Of a stretch of 64,000 nucleotides of DNA, positions 26,068-37,735 are shown in pieces. The stretch's first letter is position 1. Every line of letters starts with the position of its first letter. Below the pieces are notes generated by a model, which made no database searches, was not told where the DNA came from, and worked only from the letters and a program-made list of their open reading frames with translations. Source of the stretch: Octopus sinensis (lineage: Eukaryota); assembly GCF_006345805.1 (NCBI RefSeq), contig NC_042999.1, positions 56,420,001 through 56,484,000 of the forward strand. The letters run 5' to 3'. The position numbers were made by a program, and so were the translations under genes.

Positions 26068-26870
26068 TATATAACAAGGCGATAAGCTGAAAGAATCGTT
26101 AACACGCCGGACTAAATGCATAGTTGCATTTTTTCCGGCTTAACGTTCTGAATTCAAACGTCGCCGAAATCGACGTTGCCTCCCGTCCTTTCGATGAAAT
26201 AAGCACCAACTGAGCATTGAGGTTGATTTGACTTGTCTCTCCCCAAAATTGCTAGCCTTGTGCCAAAATTTGAATACGGCAAACCGAATTCAAAACGTAA
26301 AGCTGAAAGTAAATCTGCGAAGCATTTCGTCTGACATATTCACGATTTTGACAGCTCGCCGCCGACTAAGCAACAATAACCTTTTCTGACTATACAAGGA
26401 CTGAAATTTTAACAGAGGGCGATAGTCGACTATAGCGACCCCAATGCTCGAGTGGTACTTATTTCATGGACCCCGAAAGGATAACAGACGAAGTCGACCT
26501 CGACGAAATTTGAACTAAATTAGTACGTAAAGACGGACGAAATGTTGCTGAACATTTTGTTCGGCATGCTAACTATTCTATCAAAACAATAAGAATAATA
26601 ATGGTTTCAAATTCTGGCACAAGGCCAGCAGTTTTAGGGGAGAGAACAAGGCAATTACATCGACCCCAGTGATCAACTGGTACTTATTCTATCGGCCTTC
26701 GGAGTGAAACTTGGGCGAAGGTAAAGAATATGCACACCCGGTGGTTAGGGTTTAGGTGCTTTTGTTACGCCGAAAACCAGTGATGTCCTCCGCCTGAAAT
26801 TTGAACTAAGAATGTAAAGATGGACGAAATGTCGCTAAGCATTTGGTCCGCGTGCTAACGGTCCTGCCAG
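26068..26870. mobile_element. Cluster of four family C SINE copies (one plus, three minus)
   Basis: Copies at about 26068-26285, 26285-26360, 26405-26575 and 26620-26870. Confidence 0.7.
26713..26794. mobile_element. Mini-MITE with internal GGTTAGGG motif, inserted in a family C SINE
   Basis: GGGCGAAGGTAAAGAATA..CACCCGGTGGTTAGGG..; homologous to 53223-53320. Confidence 0.65.
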
Positions 26871-28048
26871 AACAATAAGAGTGACAATAATTAATGTTCA
26901 AGATTTGTTGCCGAACACTCAGTAAATAGTTGAGACTACAATATAGCGAGAAAGAAGGAGAGATAAATTTAGTGGTTGAGAGAGCGGTAATGAAAGAAAG
27001 AGAGTTAGTGAATTAGTAAGAGAGACATATGAATGAGAGAGGTAACGAACAAGAAAGTTAATGAATGAGGTGATTGATGAGAGAAAGTTAATGAGTGAGA
27101 GAGGTAATTGGTGAGAGGAAGTTAATGAGTGACAGAGAGTAAGAGGAAGAAGGTGAGAATTGGTGGATGAATGAATGAATGAAAGTGTATGAGTAAGTGA
27201 GGATGAGAAATAATGAGAAACAGAGAGAACTTGTGGCAAAGAGAGAGTTAATGGATGTGGGTAACCACGAGGGAGAAAAAGTTTGTGTGGGAGGGAAGTG
27301 CAGAAGTGAGAGCTAATGTAAGAGAGATGGAGTGAGTGAGAGAGTGAGTATGAGAGAGCTGGTGAGTTATTGCTCGTCGTTAACACATTTTCGTCTATTA
27401 ATTTACTAATATAATTATTCTTAAAATGCTCATTAACATAGATTCGTGAATCACATTAATTACTGAGATGCTTCCTTTTTCCTACCACCTTAAAAAAACA
27501 AAAAGAATGATGACGGAAGTTAATTTAACAGGAAATAATAATACCCAACATGGTCACGTTGTTTTATTAAGAACTGACGAAGCAGCTAGAAATAGCAGTT
27601 ACATTTCGTTCAAATTACAATTTGCAGTCACGGAAAAGGGAAGATATACTGGCTTCTTGATTCCGAATTGCTGTCTGGGGAGAAAAATATACTGATATCT
27701 ACAATCCGGACCAGGACAGACCTGGGTTAAACAATCATAATATCTCTTAGTAACAGTTATCTTGGGTAGAAAGGGCTTGGAACACGGCAAATAAACACAC
27801 AACTGGTAAAGTTATTGAATATGTACGCAAACAACAATCTCCAGTGCAAAAACAGGTTTCGCATAGAAACGCCGCGCTGGGATGCTTGAATATCTCGTTA
27901 ATAAAATAATATACTATAAAAAATGTTAATTAAGTCAGTTTATTAAAGCTTTCGTAACCGCAGGATTCTTCATTGGCTCATTAAATTTACTATTGACTGT
28001 ACGTGTGAAAGGCCCTAATGTCTACAAAATTTTTTGAACGTTATGAAA

Positions 28049-28422
28049 TCTATATATATAAAAGTGAAGTTGTGTGAGTGTCTGTCTCCTACGATTTAGA
28101 TTCCTAACTACTCCCACATTTTGCGGTGCAGTATAACCAAAACCGGGTATCTTATAGTCGTGATTCATATCGAGACCTTCTGGGTATTAGCGCGCGTCTA
28201 CGATGAGTCTACGATTTAAAAAATAATTTACCATAATTTTTTTCCATTTTAAAGCATATTTTTAAATAAAGGGAAGTAACTCTCTAAAAATGTCTACGAT
28301 GAGTCAACGATTTAAAAAAAAAATTACCATAATTTTTTTTGCATTTTTTGGCTATAACTCTCTAAAAATGCTTTATAGTTATTTCTTTTACAAACCCGAG
28401 CAACGCCGGGCGATACTGCTCG
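28049..28422 (+). mobile_element. Non-autonomous Helitron
   Basis: Starts TC(TATATATATAAAA) after A; ends with hairpin CCCGAGCAACGCCGGG and CTCG (CTRG variant) before T; internal ~50-bp direct repeat at about 28196 and 28292. Confidence 0.75.
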
Positions 28423-28821
28423 TATTTCATAAAACGGTAATTAACTCAGTTCAATTAATGGGCATAACTACACAATTGTGCCCCATCCCGACTTGTTTCA
28501 ACGTCATTTTTAGAATAAATGGGTATTTGGTGAATGAAAATTTCAACAAATACTTTTCAGATGGTATATATTACGAATATATTTCATCGGAGTTTAATGT
28601 GAAAAAACATAAAGTGTGGTAGATTATTTCACGCACCTCGACTTCGTTTTTTCCTCATACGTTTTGATGATGGAGATTTCAATTATGTTGAAAAAGAAAA
28701 TACTTTTGAGGACTATTCCACCCTCTCCTTTCTGGAATTTGTTGAATGAACATTTAATATCGTAATCTACACACTGTGAAAGGTTTTTGTAGAAAATTTC
28801 ATTAAAGAAATACAAATACAT

Positions 28822-29125
28822 TGGGCCGACCAATGCCTTGTGAGTGGATTTGGTAGACGGAAACTGAAAGAAGCCTGTCGTATATATGTATATATATATA
28901 TGTATGTGTGTTTGTGTGTCTGTGTTTGTTCCCCTAGCATTGCTTGACAACCGATGCTGGTGTGTTTACGTCCCCGTCACTTAGCGGTTCGGCAAAAAGA
29001 GACCGATAGAATAAGTACTGGGCTTACAAAAAGAATGAGTCCCGGGGTCGAGTTGCTCGACTAAAAGGCGGTGCTCCAGCATGGCCGCAGTCAAAATGAC
29101 TGAAACAAGTAAAAGAAAGAAAGAA
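28822..29125 (+). mobile_element. SINE family B (5'-truncated, low divergence)
   Basis: Close to the family consensus. Confidence 0.85.
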
Positions 29126-29972
29126 AAAGAATAAAAATCAAGGTTATGAGGAAACAAAGCAGACTCGGGTGAATTTTCCGAAACTCCTTTCCTCACCATT
29201 GGAAAAAATTCACAAAAATATCCGATATATTCGAATTCTATACAATCTGAAGCGTATTTGTAGAAAATTTCATTAAGACATATCCATTTTTCCGAAAGTT
29301 ATGAAGAAACAAAACCGGTGGGAGTATCGGGGGGGGGGGCACTTATATAGGTATGCCTATTTTAACTCAAAATCTGCAAACATATTGACATAATTCGAAA
29401 AACAACAGCAAAAAATTATCAGAGGTGAACTCGTTCATACGGCTGTTTGATAAGGCTAGGAAATTTTCATTTTCTTTAAAATATTCATTGAACAGATTCT
29501 AGAATGGAAAAGATAGAATGATACTCAAAGTTTTTTTTGGGGGTTATTTTTGTCACTATAAATATAATGTACATCGAGATATGTGAGTTCTCCGAAACTC
29601 CTCTTACTTTCCTTTCTCACCCTCACCCGAAATATTTTCACAGCAAATTCCAATATAATCGTAATCTACACCATCTGAAAGGTCTTTGCAGAAAATTTCA
29701 CGAGAAAATAAATTCGGAGCGAGGCACAGTTGTGTAATTATTCCAGTAGTAGTTACGAATGTAAAATGATGATTTATTTGTAAATTAGGCGATGGTAGCA
29801 CATCGTTTTGATGTGGTCTCTTTCGTTTTGTAACGGAGGTCATTGTTTTGTGTACATAGACAACTTTGCACAAGCACACACATATTGAGTCATGAAGTTA
29901 AAAAATGCAGTCAGAAGAGCTGAGGCGGCAAGAGATCGCAAAATGCAGACTTCATGACTTTTGGCCTACAGA

Positions 29973-30011
<39 letters not shown>

Positions 30012-30022
30012 ATATAAAATAT

Positions 30023-30157
30023 GTAACAATTAGTTGGTTGCCATAATAAAACTCGGAGTGTTGGATGTCGGGCTGAAGTCTGCTCCGGCATCTCATCCCA
30101 GACTTCAGCCCCGGCATCCGAAACTGAGTTTTATTATGACAACTAACTAATTGTCAC
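30023..30157. other. ~60-bp-arm imperfect hairpin
   Basis: GTAACAATTAGTTGGTTGCCATAATAAAACTC..GGCTGAAGTCTG / CAGACTTCAGCC..GAGTTTTATTATGACAACTAACTAATTGTCAC, 16-nt loop. Confidence 0.85.
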
Positions 30158-30253
30158 TTTATATTTATAGATAAATTATTCTGTCTACATAATATCGAGG
30201 TCTCATTCATTCTTTTGTTGTCATATTAATATATATATATATATATATATATA

Positions 30254-30290
<37 letters not shown>

Positions 30291-30294
<4 letters not shown>

Positions 30295-31847
30295 TGTGTG
30301 AGAGAGAGAGAGAGACCGGATTAATCGAGAAAGGGGCCTACTATATTAGACTAGCCTATAGCAATAATGCACTATAGAACAATATATCGATAGATTTAGA
30401 TTTTAGCTGACCCTGTATACTAGGTCGAAGGCTTGAATACATTGTAGCAAAACACTAATTTAACATAAGCTATACAACCTTCAACTGTTATGAACGGCCA
30501 AATCTAAAATTTATTTGAAAAATGTTTTGGAGTTCTCTCCCTTGGTTGTCGATTTTGGTTTTAAGTACATGTGGGAGATTTTGTATGCGGGTTGCCTGGA
30601 TTTCGATTTTATTTCTCCTTACAGGGCGAAGAAAATTATTTAAAGATTTTTATTACATATATAACACGTATGTAAATGATATATAAATAGTACAAAACCA
30701 CAGTAAAATACAAATCCTAAACAATAGTCCTGATTCTTCCATAATATAAGTTTTTACAAAAGAAAAAGATAAGAAAAAAGGGGAGAGAAAAAGAGAAGAA
30801 AGAGAAAAAACATTAGTGGATAATCTCAGTTAATCAAAGTTTTGTAAGTCACTATTAGATAATGTAAGACCCTCTCGTATGTGTTCAGGTTTGGTTTAAA
30901 ACGAAATAAGAGTATAAATTATTTTTAGATGAAAAATTTCAATAACAACGTACTGTTACAGAGAGAAAAGAAGAGAAAAAAAAATAAAAGTATTTAAAAA
31001 GTTAAATTATAAAGAATAAGCTACCCATAACTACTTCCTCGGGAAACAAGAAAAAAAATAGAGGATTAAGAAGCAGATGTGAATGGAGGGAATACAGCGA
31101 CACCACTCGCTGCGACAGCCACCCCATCTCGCGGAGCTCATTTCTCAGGCGGGCCGCAGCTAAGCGATTTTGCAGAGGAATTCAGCAGTACGGGATCGAG
31201 GTGGATCCTCTCCTCTGCGTTACGGGTGGCGAAACCTGGGTTTGCGGCCAATGCACCAAGTTGGAACTGGAGTATGTGTCCTAGATTAGAGATCTGCCTC
31301 CCTCGTATGGAAGAGGGCTTTCTGCTAAGGCGCTTATCATAACCGTGTCCAAAGCCTACAGGCTTCAGTTGCGACGGGATGCAGCCGCGTCGAGATTCCT
31401 AATTATATCATTCAGAGTGGGGTGTCGGGGTAACGGCCCGCGTTATGGTTGTAGGACGGATACAGGCCGAATTCATCGACTACCGCTCCTCAACGACATT
31501 TGTACAGTTCACACGCGGAGACCGAGACGCTGGGCCACTCCGATACGTGTACACTCTTCATCAGGAGGATACAGGTTAAATAAGGAGGCACCCAATATAA
31601 ATTCTCTCGATTTGGGTTGTTCCACACCCCCACTTTTATTTGAGTTAACACGAAAAATGTTTCTATCATCGTGTTAATGCTTTGTGTGTGTGTAACTCTA
31701 TTCTAATAATACAACTCTGTTTATCGTGTTATGAAATTTAATAAATTTTACCTCTTTTCAGACATTTGACAATGGACTGACAAGTAGAAATAAACAAACG
31801 AAATTATCTGATTATATATAAATATATATATATAATATATATATATA

Positions 31848-31884
<37 letters not shown>

Positions 31885-33407
31885 TGTGTGAGAGAGAGAG
31901 AGAGACCGGATTAATCGAGAAAGGGGCCTACTATATTAGACTAGCTATAGCAATAATGCACTATAGAACAATATATCGATAGATTTAGATTTTTAGCTGA
32001 CCCTGTATACTAGGTCGAAGGCTTGAATACATTGTAGCAAAACACTAATTTAACATAAGCTATACAACCTTCAACTGTTATGAACGGCCAAATCTAAAAT
32101 TTATTTGAAAAATGTTTTGGAGTTCTCTCCCTTGGTTGTCGATTTTGGTTTTAAGTACATGTGGGAGATTTTGTATGCGGGTTGCCTGGATTTCGATTTT
32201 ATTTCTCCTTACAGGGCGAAGAAAATTATTTAAAGATTTTTATTACATATATAACACGTATGTAAATGATATATAAATAGTACAAAACCACAGTAAAATA
32301 CAAATCCTAAACAATAGTCCTGATTCTTCCATAATATAAGTTTTTACAAAAGAAAAAGATAAGAAAAAAGGGGAGAGAAAAAGAGAAGAAAGAGAAAAAA
32401 CATTAGTGGATAATCTCAGTTAATCAAAGTTTTGTAAGTCACTATATTAGATAATGTAAGACCCTCTCGTATGTGTTTCAGGTTTGGTTTAAAACGAAAT
32501 AAGAGTATAATTATTTTTAGATGAAAAATTTCAATAACAACGTACTGTTACAGAGAGAAAAGAAAGAGAAAAAAAATAAAAGTATTTAAAAAGTTAAATT
32601 ATAAAGAATAAGCTACCCATAACTACTTCCTCGGGAAACAAGAAAAAAAATAGAGGATTAAGAAGCAGATGTGAATGGAGGGAATACAGCGACACCACTC
32701 GCTGCGACAGCCACCCCATCTCGCGGAGCTCATTTCTCAGGCGGGCCGCAGCTAAGCGATTTTGCAGAGGAATTCAGCAGTACGGGATCCGAGGTGGATC
32801 CTCTCCTCTGCGTTACGGGTGGCGAAACCTGGGTTTGCGGCCAATGCACCAAGTTGGAACTGGAGTATGTGTCCTAGATTAGAGATCTGCCTCCCTCGTA
32901 TGGGAAGAGGGCTTTCTGCTAAGGCGCTTATCATAACCGTGTCCAAAGCCTACAGGCTTCAGTTGCGACGGGATGCAGCCGCGTCGAGATTCCTAATTAT
33001 ATCATTCAGAGTGGGGTGTCGGGGTAAACGGCCCGCGTTATGGTTGTAGGACGGATACAGGCCGAATTCATCGACTACCGCTCCTCAACGACATTTGTAC
33101 AGTTCACACGCGGAGACCGAGACGCTGGGCCACTCCGATACGTGTACACTCTTCATCAAGGAGGATACAGGTTAAATAAGGAGGCACCCAATATAAATTC
33201 TCTCGATTTGGGTTGTTCCACACCCCCACTTTTATTTGAGTTAACACGAAAAATGTTTCTATCATCGTGTTTAATGCTTTGTGTGTGTGTAACTCTATTC
33301 TAATACAACTCTGTTTATCGTGTTATGAAATTTTAATAAATTTTACCTCTTTTCAGACATTTGACAATGGACTGACAAGTAGAAATAAACAAACGAAATT
33401 ATCTGAT

Positions 33408-33410
<3 letters not shown>
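30291..33410. repeat. Tandem duplication of a 1590-bp unit of unknown origin
   Basis: AGTGTGTGTG(AG)nACCGGATTAATCG at 30291 and 31881; by eye the copies differ only by 1-3 bp indels. Confidence 0.95.
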
Positions 33411-33447
<37 letters not shown>

Positions 33448-33801
33448 TAATCTTTCAGTTTAGGGTGTTTAAAAAAGTAAATAAAAATGAAAGGGGAATA
33501 ACAAGGGGAGATAAATGTCAACTGTTAAACTAGATCTGGGCTATAGCCACCAAAAAGTGAACGAAAGTTTTTTGGGTTTTTTTTGGAACAGGATTCCTCC
33601 ATATGAATTCGTGTAAATATGACGCAAATAAATTGTCCGACGTTCCAAATTGCAATAATTTTTTGTTGGTCAGTTATTTTTAGCATTTTGACCGAAAAAA
33701 AAGTCATTCTAAAATTATTTTTTAACGTAAGCGTGCCCAAACAAGTCGAATGCTTACACAGAACAGGTTTTACAGCCACACATCCAAACCTAGTGTGTGT
33801 A

Positions 33802-33837
<36 letters not shown>

Positions 33838-33840
33838 CGT

Positions 33841-34010
33841 TCCAAAATGTAACCACATGTGAATCGGCAATCCCCACCCCACCCCGTCTTCCTTTTCTAT
33901 AGGACTTTCCTCTGTTTCTGAAGAGCTTTGCTCGAAATGTAAAACTACCTTTCTTTCCTTCCCTGAGCGTCTGCTAATACTTTCCAGGTACCACGTCCTC
34001 GCGTTGTTTT

Positions 34011-34020
<10 letters not shown>
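33841..34020 (+). repeat. Penelope pseudo-LTR-like repeat with decayed hammerhead motif (33914-33945)
   Basis: Reverse complement of 9060-9250; GTTT-CTGA-AGAGC-TTT-GCTC-GAAATGTA-AAAC; lies just upstream of the PLE RT. Confidence 0.5.
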
Positions 34021-34041
<21 letters not shown>

Positions 34042-34071
34042 TTGTTCTTCGTTTTTTTTTTATTTACTATT

Positions 34072-34123
<52 letters not shown>

Positions 34124-35143
34124 TGGTCAAGGCGCTTTCCTTCGCTAGAGGCTTCACTGGCGTTAGTGACAGGGATATAGACGTCATTATGCATGCTAGG
34201 AAAACAGTGCTGTTCAATAAAGTTTCGACCTGGGTCGAGCAATCCAACCCTGTAGGCTCTTTTGATGTAGCGATGGGGACCTATGACAACGCTGGTGTAT
34301 GCGACCTCATCGAGTTGTATTTCCTTGATACCCTTAAGAAAAAGTTCCCTTCAGTCTTCTTTGGTCTCTACAGAGATGACGCCATGGACATGTCTAGAGG
34401 AGCAAACGGTCACACACTAGACAGGCTTGGGAAAGATCTAATTAGCACACTTGCCTCCATGAGATTAAAAATCACCATCGAGACCAACCTCACCACCGCA
34501 GACTTCTTAGACGTCACGCTCGACTTGGGCTCTGGTACATACAGGCCCTACTGCATGCCACTCATCATGTTCACAAACCTGGTGAAGGGTGTTAGTAAGA
34601 GAATTACGAACCTTTCCTCCAGCCAAGAGATTTTTGCAGCAGTCCCCTACTACAATGAGGCCCTAGCTGCTAGTGGATTTAGGGAGTGCATCTCCTACAT
34701 GCCTTGCCCCAAAATCCATAGAAGGAAGTGCCACAGAAATATCATTTGGTTCCTCACCCCTTCTCTCTTAATGTAAAGACGTCTGTAGGTAGGATATTAA
34801 GTTAATGGATAAACATTTCACTAGTTCACATAGATACGGAAGCATTTTCAACAGGCACAATCTTAGGATCTCTTTTAGCTGTGCCCTCAATATTAAGAGC
34901 ATTCTAGTTAGCACCTCTAGACCGCGAGCAGAAGCAGGATGTTCATGCAGGGACCGCAACAGACGCCCAGTGAGGGGCCAATGCAAAGCAAGGGGGTGTT
35001 CTATGAAACCGAGGTACTGGCCGACCCTAGCAGCAGCAGCTCCCCTAAAAGTGGCAAGGACATCAGTACCAAAAGTAGCAGTAGCAGAAACGCAAACAGA
35101 ACCAATAGCACCATCGCCAGCGGTAATGACAGCAATGGCAAGT

Positions 35144-35477
35144 GGAGGCGCAATGGTTAGGGCAGCGGACTCGCGGTTTCGATTCCCAGACCGGGCGTTG
35201 TGTGTGTTTATTGAGCGAAAACACCTAAAGCTCCACGAGGCTCCGGCAGGGCTGGTGGTGACCCCTGTTGTACTCTTTTGCTCCAACTTTCTCTCACTTT
35301 TTCTTCCTGTTTCTTGTCCCCGACTTCCTACGCAACCGCTGAGCCTGGATGCGCATTCATCCATCCGTCGATGCTCTCGGTATCGGGAGTTGACCTGCTT
35401 TCTTTTCTGCGGGTCTTACGAATAGCAAAGGACTACGTTTCGGACTTCTCCCACTACAGACAAATGGGACGAAGACC
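35144..35477 (+). mobile_element. SINE with family D head and alternative tail (copy 1)
   Basis: Head as 6449; tail TTCTTGTCCCCGACTTCCTACGCAACC...GGGACGAAGACC differs from the family D tail. Confidence 0.85.
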
Positions 35478-35729
35478 GCTTCACTCAACAAACAAACAAG
35501 CAGCAGTGGCAGTACCATCACCATCAATTACAACAATAACAGCGACGACAGCAACGGCAGTATCCCTAACAGAAATAGCAGCAGAGACATCGCCAATGGC
35601 ATCCACAATAGCAATGACAGTGTCTCCATCAATGGCCATAACAACAGCACCTTTACCATCACCGGCAGTGGTGGCACCAACACCATCATTACCTCCTCTA
35701 ATGACGCCAACGCCAGCACCAACAGCGGT

Positions 35730-36072
35730 GGAGGCGCAATGGCCCAGAGGTAAGGGCAGCGGACTCGCGGTCGGAGGATCACGGTTTCGATTCCCAGACC
35801 GGGCGTTGTGTGTGTTTATTGAGCGAAAACACCTGAAGCTCCAGCAGGAGGGGGGCGACCCCTGTTGTATTCTTTCGCCCCAACTTTCTCTCATTCTTTC
35901 TTCTGTTTCTTGTCCCCGACTTCCTACGCAACCGCTGAGCCTGGATGTGCATTCATATATCCGTCGATGCTCTCGGTGTCGGGGGTTGACCTGCTTTCTC
36001 TTCTGCGGGTCTTACGAATAGCAAAGGACCACGTTTCGGACTTCTCCTATCTTGCGAGCTCTGGGACGAAGA
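35730..36072 (+). mobile_element. SINE with family D head and alternative tail (copy 2)
   Basis: Closely similar to copy 1. Confidence 0.85.
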
Positions 36073-36834
36073 GCAACAGCACCAACAGCGATAGTTCCAA
36101 CAACAGCAATGGCAGCAACAGACACACCGCCACCAACACCTGACCATGGAGATACACCGGCTGTTCTGGTAACTTGTTCAAACAACGCCTCTCCAACCAC
36201 AGATCCTCCTTCGGGGTACCCGAAAGGAGGTTTGCCACGTCATTAGCCGGCTATGGATGACAGCTGAGAGACGACAGGATTCCATACACACTATCATGGA
36301 GAATCACAGAGAATCCAGGCCCCTACATTAATGGGACCAAGCGCTGTAAATTATGCATAGCAGAGCAGGCGAGGATCCTAAGGGACTCCCTCACCCCAAG
36401 GAACATTCTGAACTCCAGAACAGAGGTTTTTGGACCGTGCTTGTATTTCAGGAAATTCTTGCTAGCCTATTGGGACCCACAGGATAACAGGGCCAATAGC
36501 GATCGATAGCCAAAGGGATACAATCCCCTTTGTTGACATCGGCGATGTTGAAATTGGATAACAGAGTTCTTTCTTCCTCTATATTTTAGTGAGGCCACTC
36601 ACTAGAGAAGCCTTTAGCCAACAGATTTTGAGATCTGATGATACGCCATAAAGCTGAGCCTTTTATGGATGTGTAATCTAGGGTAATCCTATAAACCGGC
36701 CTTATCTAACTTTAAATACATACAACTAGTTACATTCAGAACCATATATATGTAGAGAGGGGTGGGGGCGGAAGAGACAGAGACAGAGAGAGAAAGCTTC
36801 TACCTCTGCTGGTAACAAAGGGCCTCACAGAGTG

Positions 36835-37735
36835 AAAGGTAGACTGTATGATGCATGTGTGTGAACAGCCATGCTACACAGCAGTGAAACATGGGCTGTG
36901 AATGCTGAGGACATGCATAGGCTTGAAAGAAAGGAAGCTAGTATGCTTCACTGGATGTGTAATGTCAGTGTGCATATGACCATGTAAGCACCCTGAGAGA
37001 AAAATCGGACATAAGAAACATCAGATGTGTTGTGCAAGAGACGTCTGCGCTGGTAAGGTCACGTGTTGCATATGGATGAGGATAGCTGAGTGAAGAAGTG
37101 TCACATCCTAGCAGTGGAGGGAACGTGTGGAAGAGGTAGATCCAGGAAGACCTGGGATGAGGTGGTGAAGCACAACCTGAAATATTGGGCCTCACGGAGG
37201 CAATGGCAAGTGACAGAGACCTCTGGAGATATGCTGTGCTTGAGAAGACCCAGCAAACCAAGTGAGACCGTACTTGTCATCAATGCCAGTGTTGCATAAC
37301 TGGCCTGTTTAAAAGTACCTCTTCGATCGTCAGGCAATATGCTGTGCTAGAGGAGACCTGTTGAGGCAAGTGAAATCGTTGTCATGGCTGATGCTAGTGC
37401 CGCCTAGCTGGCACCGGTGCTGGTGGTATGTAAAAAGGACTACTCAAGCATGGCCAATGCCTGTGCTCCCTCACTGGCTCCTGTACTGATGACATGTAAA
37501 AGGCACCATTTAAGTGTGGTCAATGCCAGTGCTGCCTGACTGGCTCCCATGCCAGTGGCACGTAAAAAGCACTCACTACACTCTCGGAGTGGTTGGTGTT
37601 AGGAAGGGCATCCAGCTGTAGAAACCTTGCCAGATCAGATTGGAGCCTGGTGTGGCCTTCTGGCTTGCCAGCCCCCAGTCAAAACGTCCAACTCATGCCA
37701 GCATGGAAAGTAGACATTAAACGATGATGATGATG
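36835..37735 (+). mobile_element. RTE LINE 3' end (ORF2 C-terminus, family A 3'UTR and (GAT)n tail)
   Basis: RLYDACV.TAMLHSSETWAVNAEDMHRLER..; VKKCHILAVEGTCGRGRSRKTWDEVVKH; continuous with family A sequence. Confidence 0.88.

Larger units (their letters stand above)
34122..36509 (+). mobile_element. Decayed Penelope-like retroelement: RT, Cys linker and C-terminal GIY-YIG endonuclease
   Basis: RT motifs FDVAMGTYDNAGVCDL, GLYRDD, DFLDVTLDL, RNIIWF; IFNRHNLRISFSC; linker GCSCRDRNR.PVRGQC then GVFYETEV. The endonuclease resumes at 36147: WRYTGCSGNLFKQRLSNHRSSF..LSWRI..PYINGTKRCKLCIAEQARIL..LNSRTEVFGPC..FRKFLL, stop at 36507. Frameshifts and an internal stop are present. Confidence 0.9.

Noticed and set aside
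26919-27386. 155-aa Ser/Leu/His-rich ORF (similar ORFs at 37818-38306 and 7452-8156)
   Set aside because: It derives from GA/CT-biased low-complexity sequence with no domain features.
31487-31570. Minus-strand TCCTC-CTGATGA...GAAC...GTT-GAGGA as a hammerhead in the 1590-bp unit
   Set aside because: It needs a 7-nt bulge before stem II, has GAAC instead of GAAAC, and the second copy disrupts the core.
35278-36021. 247-aa ORF and the overlapping 206-aa and 198-aa ORFs
   Set aside because: They are composites of SINE sequence and trinucleotide-derived spacer; the repeated SRFRFPDRALCVF peptide is just the SINE head.
36630-36705. CTGATGA just downstream of the PLE ORF as a hammerhead
   Set aside because: The position is suggestive, but GAAA is absent (TAAAC) and I could not fold a canonical stem II/III.
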